From NCBI GenBank assembly GCA_018434685.1, contig JAHDOV010000003.1, positions 28,302-92,301 on the forward strand: a stretch of DNA of 64,000 nucleotides, written 5' to 3'. The DNA comes from Deltaproteobacteria bacterium. Its GTDB lineage: Bacteria > Desulfobacterota > Desulfomonilia > UBA1062. Each line of letters begins with the position of its first letter. Within the stretch, counting starts at the first letter, position 1. Positions 10,061 through 19,061 of this stretch are shown one piece after another. Below the pieces are notes generated by a model. It searched no databases. It was not told where the DNA came from and saw only the letters and a program-made list of their open reading frames with translations. The translations under genes were made by a program, and so were the position numbers.

Positions 10061-11367
10061 ATGATCTCACACCGAAACAGATAGTGGCCGAGCTCGACAA
10101 GTACATTGTCGGCCAGGACAAGGCAAAGCGTGCCGTTGCCATCTCGCTGAGAAACCGCTGGCGCCGCCAGCAGGTCAGCGACGACATGCGGGAGGATATC
10201 TACCCGAAAAACATCATCCTCATCGGCCCGACCGGGGTGGGCAAGACCGAGATAGCCCGGCGACTGGCCAAACTCGCCGATGCACCGTTTATCAAGGTGG
10301 AGGCCTCGAAGTTTACCGAGGTCGGCTATGTGGGCAGGGACGTGGAATCCATTATTCGCGATCTCATGCGGCTCGGGGTCCAGATGGTGCAGAAGGAGGA
10401 GAGCGAGAAGGTCAGGGACAAGGCCCGGGACATTGCCCGTGAGCGGGTTCTCGACACCCTTCTCCCGGTTCAGAAAGATGCACAGGCCCATTCCGACAGC
10501 AGGGAGAAACTGCGGCAGATGCTCGAGGACGGGCTGCTGGACGAGCGGATCATCGAGGTGGAGTCGCGGGAGACCTCGATGCCCTCCATCGAGATCTTCT
10601 CCGGACAGGGGCTCGAGGAGATGGGCATCGACTTCAAGGAGATGTTCTCCAACATCATGCCGAAAAAGACCCGCCGGAAAAAGATGAGCGTCAAGGATGC
10701 CCTGGAATTTCTCACCAACCAGGAGGTCGGCCGCCTGATCGATATGGAAAAGGTGACCGAAGAGGCACGGGCGCGCGTGGAAAACACCGGCATCGTGTTT
10801 ATCGATGAGCTTGACAAGGTCTCTGGCAGGGAGTCGACCCATGGCCCCGATGTCTCCCGGGAGGGCGTCCAGAGAGATCTGCTGCCCATCGTCGAGGGGA
10901 CGACGGTCAACACGAAGTTCGGACCGGTGAACACCGACCACATCCTGTTCATCGGTTCCGGGGCATTCCATGTGAGCAAGCCCTCCGACCTCATCCCGGA
11001 GATGCAGGGCCGGTTCCCCATCAGGGAAGAACTGAACCCCCTGACCCGGCAGGATTTCATCAGGATCCTGGTGGAACCCAAGAATGCACTGATAAAACAG
11101 TACGAGGCACTGCTCGCAACCGAGGGCATCAAACTCGTTTTCAGGGACGAGGCCATATCCGAGATTGCCCGTATCGCCGAGTATATCAACGACCACACGG
11201 AGAATATCGGTGCGCGCAGGCTCCATACCGTGCTCGAGAAGCTCCTGGACGAGATCTCCTTCGAGGCCAACGATCTCACCGGCGAGGTCGTGGTGGATGC
11301 CGACTACGTGAACAAGAGACTGGACCCCATCATGCAGAAGGAAGACCTGAGCAGGTATATCCTCTAG
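10057..11367 (+). CDS. hslU: ATP-dependent protease ATPase subunit HslU
   Basis: Walker [16 protein letters not shown] and the AAA+ ClpX-like architecture with an I-domain. Confidence 0.95.
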   Translation: MNDLTPKQIVAELDKYIVGQDKAKRAVAISLRNRWRRQQVSDDMREDIYPKNIILIGPTGVGKTEIARRLAKLADAPFIKVEASKFTEVGYVGRDVESIIRDLMRLGVQMVQKEESEKVRDKARDIARERVLDTLLPVQKDAQAHSDSREKLRQMLEDGLLDERIIEVESRETSMPSIEIFSGQGLEEMGIDFKEMFSNIMPKKTRRKKMSVKDALEFLTNQEVGRLIDMEKVTEEARARVENTGIVFIDELDKVSGRESTHGPDVSREGVQRDLLPIVEGTTVNTKFGPVNTDHILFIGSGAFHVSKPSDLIPEMQGRFPIREELNPLTRQDFIRILVEPKNALIKQYEALLATEGIKLVFRDEAISEIARIAEYINDHTENIGARRLHTVLEKLLDEISFEANDLTGEVVVDADYVNKRLDPIMQKEDLSRYIL

Positions 11368-11552
11368 GGTCCCCAGGGCTTCGGGATCTGAGGCACGCAC
11401 CAGGGCCCGGCTCGGGGTGCACGGCAGTGACCGAACCCTGTAAGCTCCTGAGGGAGTGCCTTGTCCTTGAACTGTCCGGACAATTGAACCGGAACGCCTT
11501 TTTCCCCTGCACAAGAATATCGGCTGTGGTAATATAGCGCCAGGGAGGGAGT

Positions 11553-12524
11553 ATGATCTCAAAAGGAAAGTTTGTGACAGAGCTGCATGACGGCGACTCC
11601 GTAGGCGCCGTATTCCTGGTCTCCGAACGGAGGGTGCTCGTCGCACGCAACGGGAAACCCTATGCAAAACTTGTGCTTACCGACAAGACCGGCGACGTGC
11701 AGGGCATGATCTGGGAAGATGCCAGGGCACAGGTCTCGGGTATCGAACCCGGGGATGTCGTGGGTGTCCGTGGCGCGGTGGAGTCTTATGAAGGCCGGCC
11801 CCAGATGAAGGTCGAGAAGATCGTGAAGCTCAAAGAGGAAGAGGTCGATATGTCGGCGCTTGTCCGCACGGTGAAAGGTGATACTGCCTCCATGAGGGAA
11901 GAGGTTGAGCAGATAATCCAGGCGCTTAAGAACAGCCACCTCAAAGAGCTTCTGGGCAGGCTGTTCCTGCGGGACGGCATCAAGGACGCCTTTGTCAAGG
12001 CACCCGCTGCCAAGGGGATACACCACAACTACATCGGCGGGCTGCTCGAGCACACCCTGACGGTACTGAAAAGCATCGAGGCCCTCTATCCTGTCTACCG
12101 GCACCTCGGCATCAACCGCGATCTGCTCATCGCAGGGGCGATCGTCCACGACATCGGCAAGATATACGAATACACCTACAGCAGGATTATCGACATGACC
12201 CCCATGGGGAGGCTCGTCGGCCATATCTACCTGTCCGCGCACATGGTGGATCAGGAGATCGCGGGGATGCAGGATTTTCCCGAAGAGCTGAGGCTCCAGC
12301 TCCTGCACCTGATCCTCGGTCACCACGGCCAGCTCGAATTCGGCTCGCCGAAACTGCCCATGACGAGAGAGGCCATGATGCTCCACATGCTCGACGATCT
12401 CGATGCGAAGCTCATAGGCTTTTCCTCGATCATCGAGTCGACCCCTGAAGAAGAGGACTTTACTACCTTTTCCAGCGTGTATAATCGCTACCTCTATACC
12501 AAGAGGTACGAAGACGAGGACTGA
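11553..12524 (+). CDS. OB-fold + HD-domain phosphohydrolase (YhaM-like 3'-5' exoribonuclease family)
   Basis: The N-terminal OB-fold is followed by the HD motif IVHDIGK and downstream His/Asp residues. Confidence 0.75.
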   Translation: MISKGKFVTELHDGDSVGAVFLVSERRVLVARNGKPYAKLVLTDKTGDVQGMIWEDARAQVSGIEPGDVVGVRGAVESYEGRPQMKVEKIVKLKEEEVDMSALVRTVKGDTASMREEVEQIIQALKNSHLKELLGRLFLRDGIKDAFVKAPAAKGIHHNYIGGLLEHTLTVLKSIEALYPVYRHLGINRDLLIAGAIVHDIGKIYEYTYSRIIDMTPMGRLVGHIYLSAHMVDQEIAGMQDFPEELRLQLLHLILGHHGQLEFGSPKLPMTREAMMLHMLDDLDAKLIGFSSIIESTPEEEDFTTFSSVYNRYLYTKRYEDED

Positions 12525-12572
12525 ATGTAGGGGGGAGTCCATGAATCCTCTGACAGTTTTTACGGAGGACCT

Positions 12573-13154
12573 ATGAAAAAATCATTCAGCAATGAACAGG
12601 GACAGGCCCTGGTAAGGCTGGCGCGGCATACCATCGAGAAACGACTGGGGCTGGGACCCCGGGAACCCGAGACTGTTTCCGGGCAGCTCGATGACGATAT
12701 CCTGAAGGAGAAGCACGGCGTTTTTGTCACGCTCAACAAGCACGGTGATCTGCGGGGATGCATCGGGTCTCTCGAGGCACGGGAATCCGTGCTGGAGGGG
12801 GTGAAGCACAATGCCCTCAATGCAGCGTTTCACGATCCCAGGTTCAGGCCGGTGGACCGCTCCGAAGTGGGTGCCCTGGAAATCGAAGTGAGTATCCTGA
12901 CCGAGCCGGAACCGCTGGAGTACCGTGACCACAAGGATCTCCTGAAAAAACTGCGTCCCGGCCTCGACGGAGTGATTATCAGATCCGGGTATGCCGGTGC
13001 CACGTTCTTGCCCCAGGTCTGGGAGCAGTTGCCGGACGAGGAGGACTTCCTGGCCCACCTCTGCGCCAAGGCAGGGCTCCCGGCAGACGCATGGAAAACG
13101 AAGAAGCTCGAGGTCTCGACCTACCAGGTTCAATGCTTTGAAGAACCCGGATGA
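12573..13154 (+). CDS. AMMECR1-domain protein
   Basis: The motif HGVFVTLNKHGDLRGCIGSL matches the AMMECR1 family core. Confidence 0.85.
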   Translation: MKKSFSNEQGQALVRLARHTIEKRLGLGPREPETVSGQLDDDILKEKHGVFVTLNKHGDLRGCIGSLEARESVLEGVKHNALNAAFHDPRFRPVDRSEVGALEIEVSILTEPEPLEYRDHKDLLKKLRPGLDGVIIRSGYAGATFLPQVWEQLPDEEDFLAHLCAKAGLPADAWKTKKLEVSTYQVQCFEEPG

Positions 13155-13281
13155 AAAGGCGATACTGCGGGTCGTCATCGCCACCGGAAGAGCCTTCATC
13201 GTCCCCCGGCCTTATACGATCCGTGAGCCTTGGGATCTTCATAGCCGGCTCATCTATGGGGTTCTATGCCATGACATAGTT

Positions 13282-13469
13282 ATGTTACTTTCTTTGCTTG
13301 CACAAGAGAAAGTAACCAAAGAAATGCACCCCACGAAGCCGCCCTTTCGGGTGCGTTCGCTCACTCGGGAAAAATCCGTTCGCAATTAAACTCGCTCCAT
13401 TTCATTCCGCTCAGACAAAATTGCTCATTTTCCGGATTTTTCCCTCCCTCGCTCACCGGCTTCGAGGGG
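13282..13469 (+). repeat. Left terminal inverted repeat (~190 bp, hairpin-rich) of cassette
   Basis: It begins ATGTTACTTTCTTT...AGAAAGTAAC (a 10-bp-stem terminal hairpin). It contains GGGAAAAATCCG-N55-CGGATTTTTCCC and ends at ...CGGCTTCGAGGGG. The reverse-complement copy at 16300-16491 is ~80% identical. Confidence 0.85.
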
Positions 13470-13637
13470 ACCCATCCCGGGTGCTGAACCGCGACTCAAC
13501 AGGAAAATATTGGAATCTGCGTGCTCTTTGCCATAAAGAAGACAACCAACCTCTTATCAACGAACTGCACATATCCATTGGAGATCTTCAAAATAATCCG
13601 TCTTGGGAAATTGAATAGTTATCGCAGTTATATTTAC

Positions 13638-14405
13638 TTAGAAGTTTGAGATGCAAGAGGAGCGCATGGACATGACACATAGTTTTTCTCGCTTAGGGTA
13701 AGGTTGATTGTGAGCTAACATTAATTTTCTATATTTCTTTACCGTTCTAGGCGTAGCGGCAATCATTATGTATCTGTGTTTTGGGGTTAAAGGTATAAAT
13801 TTTAACTTTGGGTCATATTCACGGAGCTTTGATAAATCCCTTGTTCCAAATTTTTTCCTAACTTTCCATCCGGACATTTTCTTCCCAAGAATATAATAAT
13901 TACCCTGTCCTTTGGGATCCGTAAGACCAGTATAAATAGCATTTGATGCCTGATAAATAGTGCCAATCTCATAAAATTGAGTATCAGCATAAGCGATAAT
14001 TATTGATGATCCTAACTTATTATACATTGCCCTATTGGCTCGAGCAATTAAATGAGTTGCAGTGCATATAGGAGCATTGAAAGAACAGCCACCACGACAA
14101 AGTTGGATTATGTTACATCTGAGTTCCTTGGCTAACTGACTTATCCATCCACGATTTTTAGAAAAACATGTTGTTCCATATGAAACTACACCAAGTAATT
14201 TATCATTATGTTTCAATCCCCAATGCCATACCCCTAAACCGACATCCCCTAAATGCTCATATATCCCCATGAATTCTTGAGCCTGATTTCTGGGAATATT
14301 AACAAGAGTAGTATGACTAAGCTCAGATGAAGATAACATTATATATCTTATGTAATTTTTGGTTCTTTTCCTAGAATTAAGCATCCCAATAAAACTGTAG
14401 CCCAT
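13638..14405 (-). CDS. Hypothetical protein (255 aa; unknown function; cassette cargo gene 2)
   Basis: Long ORF in AT-rich DNA, 3' to and overlapping (or abutting, if the start is the internal Met at 14339) the 344-aa ORF. Basic C-terminus. No motif I can assign; weak Rx5H near the C-terminus. Confidence 0.5.
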   Translation of the reverse strand: MGYSFIGMLNSRKRTKNYIRYIMLSSSELSHTTLVNIPRNQAQEFMGIYEHLGDVGLGVWHWGLKHNDKLLGVVSYGTTCFSKNRGWISQLAKELRCNIIQLCRGGCSFNAPICTATHLIARANRAMYNKLGSSIIIAYADTQFYEIGTIYQASNAIYTGLTDPKGQGNYYILGKKMSGWKVRKKFGTRDLSKLREYDPKLKFIPLTPKHRYIMIAATPRTVKKYRKLMLAHNQPYPKREKLCVMSMRSSCISNF

Positions 14406-15382
14406 TTTAACAGTTCAAATAGTGATGACAATGGAAAGCTTGCTAAATCTTGCAATACAATTAAGACGGCAAGGATGAGTGCTATTATAAAAGTTTTAGA
14501 AATTAACATTTGAGATGATATTTTCAATGGATATTCCAATGAATATAGTATGTTACTCTCTTGATATACAAATACTTCGATAAAAGACCGTATATCCGAT
14601 ATCTTAAATGAGCTTTTGGGCGTAAATAAATTTTTAACGCTGTTTGTTTTAGCACCCAATACTATTCTTCCTGAGCTATGGGGAAATAACGGATTGTTAA
14701 ACTTGATTAAAATTGATTTATCAACACTGCCTTTATCAGGGTCATAATATGTAATATTAAAATCATATGTATTATCAGATTCTAAAGTAATAACATTTGA
14801 TTGCACTGGTAATAGTTCTTTCCCCTTAATTGTTTCATCTTTTAAGGATATTTTCAGTAGCGGCAAATGATCTTCTGATAATTTCTTTGTCTTTGATAAA
14901 TTTTCTACAACTATAAACCAATAACTACTGTCGAAAGATAGCTCATCGGAATATTCTTTGCCTACTTGCATATAATAACCATCGTTAATGTTACAAGGAT
15001 CTTGCCCTACTAGCTCTGGTATGCCTTTAACCGATTTCTTAAGTTGATAAGTGAACTCCTCATAATTTTCAGTCTGGCAATAATCTCCAAATGAGCATTC
15101 TACATGTAGGCGATTAGCGTTAACTTCAGAGCTTAAAACTTTTGCTTTTCTGATGGGGTAATATTTATAAGAGCCTTCATTGAATCTATCTACATAAATT
15201 ATTAAACAATCCATTCCTGATAAATCTTTTCCAACCAATTCAGAGGGGACATTTTGACCTATAGTGTAGCGAAACGTTGTAGTATAATAATTTGGAAAAG
15301 ATAATATTTTAGAAATATTATTCTTGTAAAGAGGTCTTAAAGCTGAATTAAAAACATACAGTATTTCGTTCTCCATAACCAC
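14348..15382 (-). CDS. Hypothetical protein with ~270-aa soluble N-terminal domain and two C-terminal TM helices (cassette cargo gene 1)
   Basis: 344-aa ORF with an AT-rich promoter region upstream (15383-15720). The C-terminal hydrophobic segments are FIIALILAVLIVL and WATVLLGCLILG. No recognisable catalytic motif. Confidence 0.55.
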   Translation of the reverse strand: MVMENEILYVFNSALRPLYKNNISKILSFPNYYTTTFRYTIGQNVPSELVGKDLSGMDCLIIYVDRFNEGSYKYYPIRKAKVLSSEVNANRLHVECSFGDYCQTENYEEFTYQLKKSVKGIPELVGQDPCNINDGYYMQVGKEYSDELSFDSSYWFIVVENLSKTKKLSEDHLPLLKISLKDETIKGKELLPVQSNVITLESDNTYDFNITYYDPDKGSVDKSILIKFNNPLFPHSSGRIVLGAKTNSVKNLFTPKSSFKISDIRSFIEVFVYQESNILYSLEYPLKISSQMLISKTFIIALILAVLIVLQDLASFPLSSLFELLKWATVLLGCLILGKEPKIT

Positions 15383-15723
15383 CTACAAAAAATGATTTCA
15401 TTAGAAATATAATTTTATGATATTAATTGTATAACAATAATTTGAAATGATATCTATAATTATTGAATATCTAGTGAAATATCACTCTCTTTATGATTTA
15501 ATGCTTATTCCAAGTCTATCAAAATGATAGAGCACGTGCCATACTGTGTAATCAGATTTTGATTGAGATTTTGGATACATATCACAAGGAAATCTTTCAC
15601 CCATAATATGAGTCCTTTTGATCCTATCTCCATTTCGTTCCGACTTTACTCAATTGCTCTTGATTTGGTGATACATCAGATTAAATAATGAATAATGTAA
15701 TCCGATTTTTAAGGTGAAAAAAC

Positions 15724-16113
15724 ATGAAAGAGATCGAAATAGAACTAGTTATATTTCTATTAATTATTTTATGTTCATGCACAACAATTAAAACATCACA
15801 AGAAATAATACCAAAAAACAATTTAATATATTCTGCACCATACGATAAAGTGTATAACTGCTCAATTAATGCCCTCATGGCTCTTGGATGGCAAATAACG
15901 CATTCAAATAAGGATGAGGGCTTGATCCAAGCTAAGGCACCTATGTCCTTGTGGACTTGGGGAGATCTAATTACAGTACATATTATTAAGGAATTCCCTG
16001 ATAAGGTAAGAGTAGATGTGACATCAGGCTCACCACAACAGTTTGACTGGGGTAAAAACAAGAAGAATATAGAAGCATTTTACGAAGAGTTAAAAAAGCA
16101 ATTAGAAGATTAA
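15724..16113 (+). CDS. Small secreted/lipoprotein-like hypothetical protein (cassette cargo gene 3)
   Basis: N-terminal hydrophobic helix ending ...LIILCSC (a lipobox-like Cys), then a 105-aa hydrophilic domain. Divergent from the two-gene operon. Confidence 0.45.
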   Translation: MKEIEIELVIFLLIILCSCTTIKTSQEIIPKNNLIYSAPYDKVYNCSINALMALGWQITHSNKDEGLIQAKAPMSLWTWGDLITVHIIKEFPDKVRVDVTSGSPQQFDWGKNKKNIEAFYEELKKQLED

Positions 16114-16299
16114 ATATATAATTAGCCAGCCCTAAGTGCAGTTAAAGGACCGCTTAATCAGTTGTCCGATACAACAACTACATATAACGTGCCATTATCG
16201 GGATTCGCCTGATAGTGAACATAATTTTGATATGTGACATCTTCCTCTGGTTCAAAAGTGTGTGATCGTACTGGAATAACTCGGCACCAGTCCCAATCC

Positions 16300-16491
16300 C
16301 CCCTTGAAGCCGGCGAGGGAGTGCAGGAAAAATCCGAAAAACGAGCACTTTTGTCTGAGCGCAGCACAGCTGCGCGAGTTTAAGTGCGAGCGGATTTTTC
16401 CTGTGCGAGTGAGCGTACCTGCCAAAGGCAGGCGGCTTCGCGGGGTGCATTTCTTTGGTTACTTTCTTTATGCAAGTAAAGAAAGTAACAT
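16300..16491 (-). repeat. Right terminal inverted repeat (~190 bp) of cassette
   Basis: Its reverse complement aligns with 13282-13469, with the same order of hairpins and compensatory substitutions in the stems (CAGGAAAAATCCG...CGGATTTTTCCTG versus GGGAAAAATCCG...CGGATTTTTCCC). Confidence 0.85.
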
Positions 16492-16787
16492 AAGAATATT
16501 GAATTTAATCCATCTTGCAATAAATCCAGGTCGGACCAGAATAGCATCCGTCGATAATCTCCCGCCGTGCAGTGACACAGGCTGGCGGAGTCGATCGTCC
16601 TGAACTCCGGGCTTTTCCTGAGGTTTAGGCTCTCCGGGCGTGTCTGGGCGAAAGGTGGTGGCGGAGACTGTTTCTGCCCTGATAACGGTGTGGTATAGAG
16701 CAATTCAGCGTGCCTCAACAGGTTTTGCGGTGTTGATGCAACCGCCGGTTCTATGGTAACGGATCTCTCACACTAGGAGGGAAAACA

Positions 16788-18173
16788 ATGGCTAAGAAGA
16801 TGATGGCTGCTGTCCTGATCATGTCTGTATTTCTTGGGTTTGCATGCACTGCCAAAGCGCAGGATCCTGGCCCGTACGAGGGAGACTGGGTGGCAGATGT
16901 GGTGGAAGCGGTTCTTCCCTCAGTGGTGAATATCTCCTCCATGAAGACCGTGGTGTATCAGTCGCCGCTCTTTTCCGACCCGTTTTTCCGGGAGTTCTTC
17001 GGCGGCGGGCTCGCTCCCCAGGAGCGGGTGCAGCGGGCGCTCGGTTCAGGGGTCATCATATCCGAAGACGGGTACATCATTACCAATAACCACGTCGTGG
17101 GCGGCGCCGACAAGGTGGAGGTGCGGCTTTCGGACGAACGGGTCTTCGCCGCGCAGATTATCGGCACCGACCCCAAGAGTGACGTGGCCATCATCAAGAT
17201 CGATACAGGAGTGCTTCCTGCAATCAAGGTGGGAGATTCCTCAAACCTGAGGATCGGGAGCTTCGTCCTGGCCGTGGGCAATCCCTTCGGCCTCGAACAG
17301 ACCGTGACCATGGGGATCATCAGTGCGCTGGGAAGGTCGGGGCTCGGCATCACCGACTATGAGAACTTTATCCAGACCGATGCGGCCATCAACCCCGGCA
17401 ACTCGGGCGGGGCCCTGGTGAACATGAAGGGTGAGCTCATCGGGATAAACACGGCCATCCTCTCGAGGACCGGCGGCAGCGTGGGGATCGGATTTGCCAT
17501 TCCCATCAACCTGGTCATGGGAATCAAGAAGAGCATCGAGCTCTACGGCGAAGTGGTCAGGGGATGGCTCGGCGTGACCGTGCAGGAGATCACCCCCAAG
17601 ATCGCCGAGGCCCTGGCGCTGCAGACCACGAGGGGGGTCCTGATTTCCGAGGTGACAAAGGGTTCCCCTGCCGAAAAGGGCGGCATCAGGCAGGGAGATG
17701 TCATCGTCTCCCTGGACGGAAAACCGGTACACAACTCTGCTGCCATGAGGTTCCTCGTGTCGGAACACCTCCCGGGCAGTTCCATAAAGGTGGAGGTGAT
17801 AAGGGACGGCAGGCCCAAGACGCTGAGCGTGACCATCGGGGATCTTGCAAAGGCGCAGGAACCCGAGGAGAAATTGATCATCGAGGACAACAGGTTCCTC
17901 GAGGGAGCCACGGTTGCCGACATTACCCCTGCCACCCGGGAAACCCTCGAGATCGGTGAGGAAGTCGAGGGGGTGCTCGTCATTGCGGTGAGGGACAACT
18001 CCGCAGCTGCCCGGACCGGATTGCGGCCCGGTGATGTCATTGTCCAGATCAACCGGCAGAAGACCGTAGGGCTCAAGGCATTCGAGGCCGTGCTCGAGGG
18101 GCTCACCGGAAGAAAGATGAGCATCAGCCTCTACCGGCAGGGCATGGTCATGACCCTGACCATCGTGAGATAG
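16788..18173 (+). CDS. degP: Periplasmic serine endoprotease DegP/HtrA (trypsin domain + 2 PDZ)
   Basis: Signal peptide. Catalytic triad regions HVV, D (DVAIIKI) and GNSGGAL. Two PDZ-like C-terminal repeats. Confidence 0.93.
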   Translation: MAKKMMAAVLIMSVFLGFACTAKAQDPGPYEGDWVADVVEAVLPSVVNISSMKTVVYQSPLFSDPFFREFFGGGLAPQERVQRALGSGVIISEDGYIITNNHVVGGADKVEVRLSDERVFAAQIIGTDPKSDVAIIKIDTGVLPAIKVGDSSNLRIGSFVLAVGNPFGLEQTVTMGIISALGRSGLGITDYENFIQTDAAINPGNSGGALVNMKGELIGINTAILSRTGGSVGIGFAIPINLVMGIKKSIELYGEVVRGWLGVTVQEITPKIAEALALQTTRGVLISEVTKGSPAEKGGIRQGDVIVSLDGKPVHNSAAMRFLVSEHLPGSSIKVEVIRDGRPKTLSVTIGDLAKAQEPEEKLIIEDNRFLEGATVADITPATRETLEIGEEVEGVLVIAVRDNSAAARTGLRPGDVIVQINRQKTVGLKAFEAVLEGLTGRKMSISLYRQGMVMTLTIVR

Positions 18174-18218
18174 GGTCATGACAGGCGTGGCAGTCTGCAT
18201 CCTCACACGGGGAATCCC

Positions 18219-18671
18219 ATGCGGGCGGTGATACAGCGGGTCAAGGCCGCCTCTGTGGTCGTGGATGGCAGCACCTGTTCAGAGATCGGCCCGGGCCTGT
18301 GCTGCCTCATCGGGGTCGAGGCATCGGACAGCGGAGAGGATATCGAGTTCCTGGCGCGCAAGATCTGCTCGCTGCGCATATTCGAGGATGACAACGGGCT
18401 CATGAACCTCAATGTCGAACAGGTGGCCGGCGATATTCTCCTCATCTCCCAGTTTACGCTCCTGGGCGATGCGAGAAAGGGCAGGAGACCTTCCTACTCC
18501 ACGGCCGAAGAACCCGGCAGGGCCAGGCAGCTCTTCGACGAGCTGGTTGAAAGGATCAGGAACATCCACACGGGCGGCGTGGAAACAGGAAAATTTCAGG
18601 CCATGATGGACGTTAATATCGTCAATCATGGCCCGGTTACCATCCTGCTGGACAGCAGGAAGCTGTTCTAG
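18219..18671 (+). CDS. dtd: D-aminoacyl-tRNA deacylase
   Basis: MRAVIQRV start and the SQFTL motif, matching DTD-like family length and motifs. Confidence 0.9.
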   Translation: MRAVIQRVKAASVVVDGSTCSEIGPGLCCLIGVEASDSGEDIEFLARKICSLRIFEDDNGLMNLNVEQVAGDILLISQFTLLGDARKGRRPSYSTAEEPGRARQLFDELVERIRNIHTGGVETGKFQAMMDVNIVNHGPVTILLDSRKLF

Positions 18672-18692
18672 TTTCCCGATCGGTTTTCCGCC

Positions 18693-19040
18693 CTATTTGA
18701 AGGTATTAATTCGCTCCAGGAGCTTGTCCTCCGGCATGGCACCGACGACGTCCCCGACCTTGCTGCCGTCTTTGAAGACGAGCAGGTTGGGAATGGACCT
18801 GATGCCGTATTTTGAAGTGGTCTGGGGGTTTGTCTCAACATCGAGCTTTGCAAACACGATCTCGCCCTGCTTCTTCTTTGCAAGATTTTCGATGATGGGA
18901 CCGAGCATCTTGCACGGGCCGCACCATTCTGCCCAGCAGTCAACGACGATGAACGGGTACTTTGTTATAGCCTCGTCGATAGTGCTGTCAGTGACAACAA
19001 GCGCTGTATCGGGGTTATCGATGAAAGTTTCTTCTGCCAT
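18693..19040 (-). CDS. trxA: Thioredoxin
   Basis: WCGPC active site; ~110 aa. Confidence 0.95.
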   Translation of the reverse strand: MAEETFIDNPDTALVVTDSTIDEAITKYPFIVVDCWAEWCGPCKMLGPIIENLAKKKQGEIVFAKLDVETNPQTTSKYGIRSIPNLLVFKDGSKVGDVVGAMPEDKLLERINTFK

Positions 19041-19061
19041 GATAGTTCCTCCTGGATAGTT

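Larger units (their letters stand above)
13282..16491. mobile_element. TIR-bounded low-GC cargo cassette (non-autonomous element or islet; no transposase or integrase inside)
   Basis: ~190-bp imperfect inverted repeats at both ends, and a sharp GC drop (AT-rich) between 13520 and 16290 against a ~60% GC background. Inserted in the AMMECR1-htrA intergenic region. The three ORFs have no recognisable homology. Confidence 0.6.

Noticed and set aside
10042-11667. 541-aa minus-strand ORF antisense to hslU, and other long antisense ORFs (1002-1721, 17241-18206, 21955-22506, 33510-35090, 57242-57643 and others)
   Set aside because: These are typical high-GC antisense open frames lying entirely within well-supported genes on the opposite strand. 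They are Arg/Pro/Gly-rich with low complexity, no RBS and no homology.
12991-13389. ORFs 12991-13389 (+), 13421-13618 (+) and 16304-16603 (+) inside or over the inverted repeats
   Set aside because: They run through hairpin-dense repeat DNA, have TTG or unsupported starts, and their 'conservation' between the two ends is explained by the nucleotide repeat itself. Treated as non-coding.
13282-13469. tRNA or tmRNA 3' fragment as an island attachment site
   Set aside because: No cloverleaf-compatible arrangement and no T-loop GTTCRANYC or CCA end. The repeats are inverted, not the direct repeats produced by integrase-mediated insertion into a tRNA gene.
13282-16491. Integron gene cassette with attC sites
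   Set aside because: The repeats are in inverted, not direct, orientation, and there is no intI or attI. The terminal GTTAC does not fit the GTTRRRY core. They are also about twice the length of typical attC sites.
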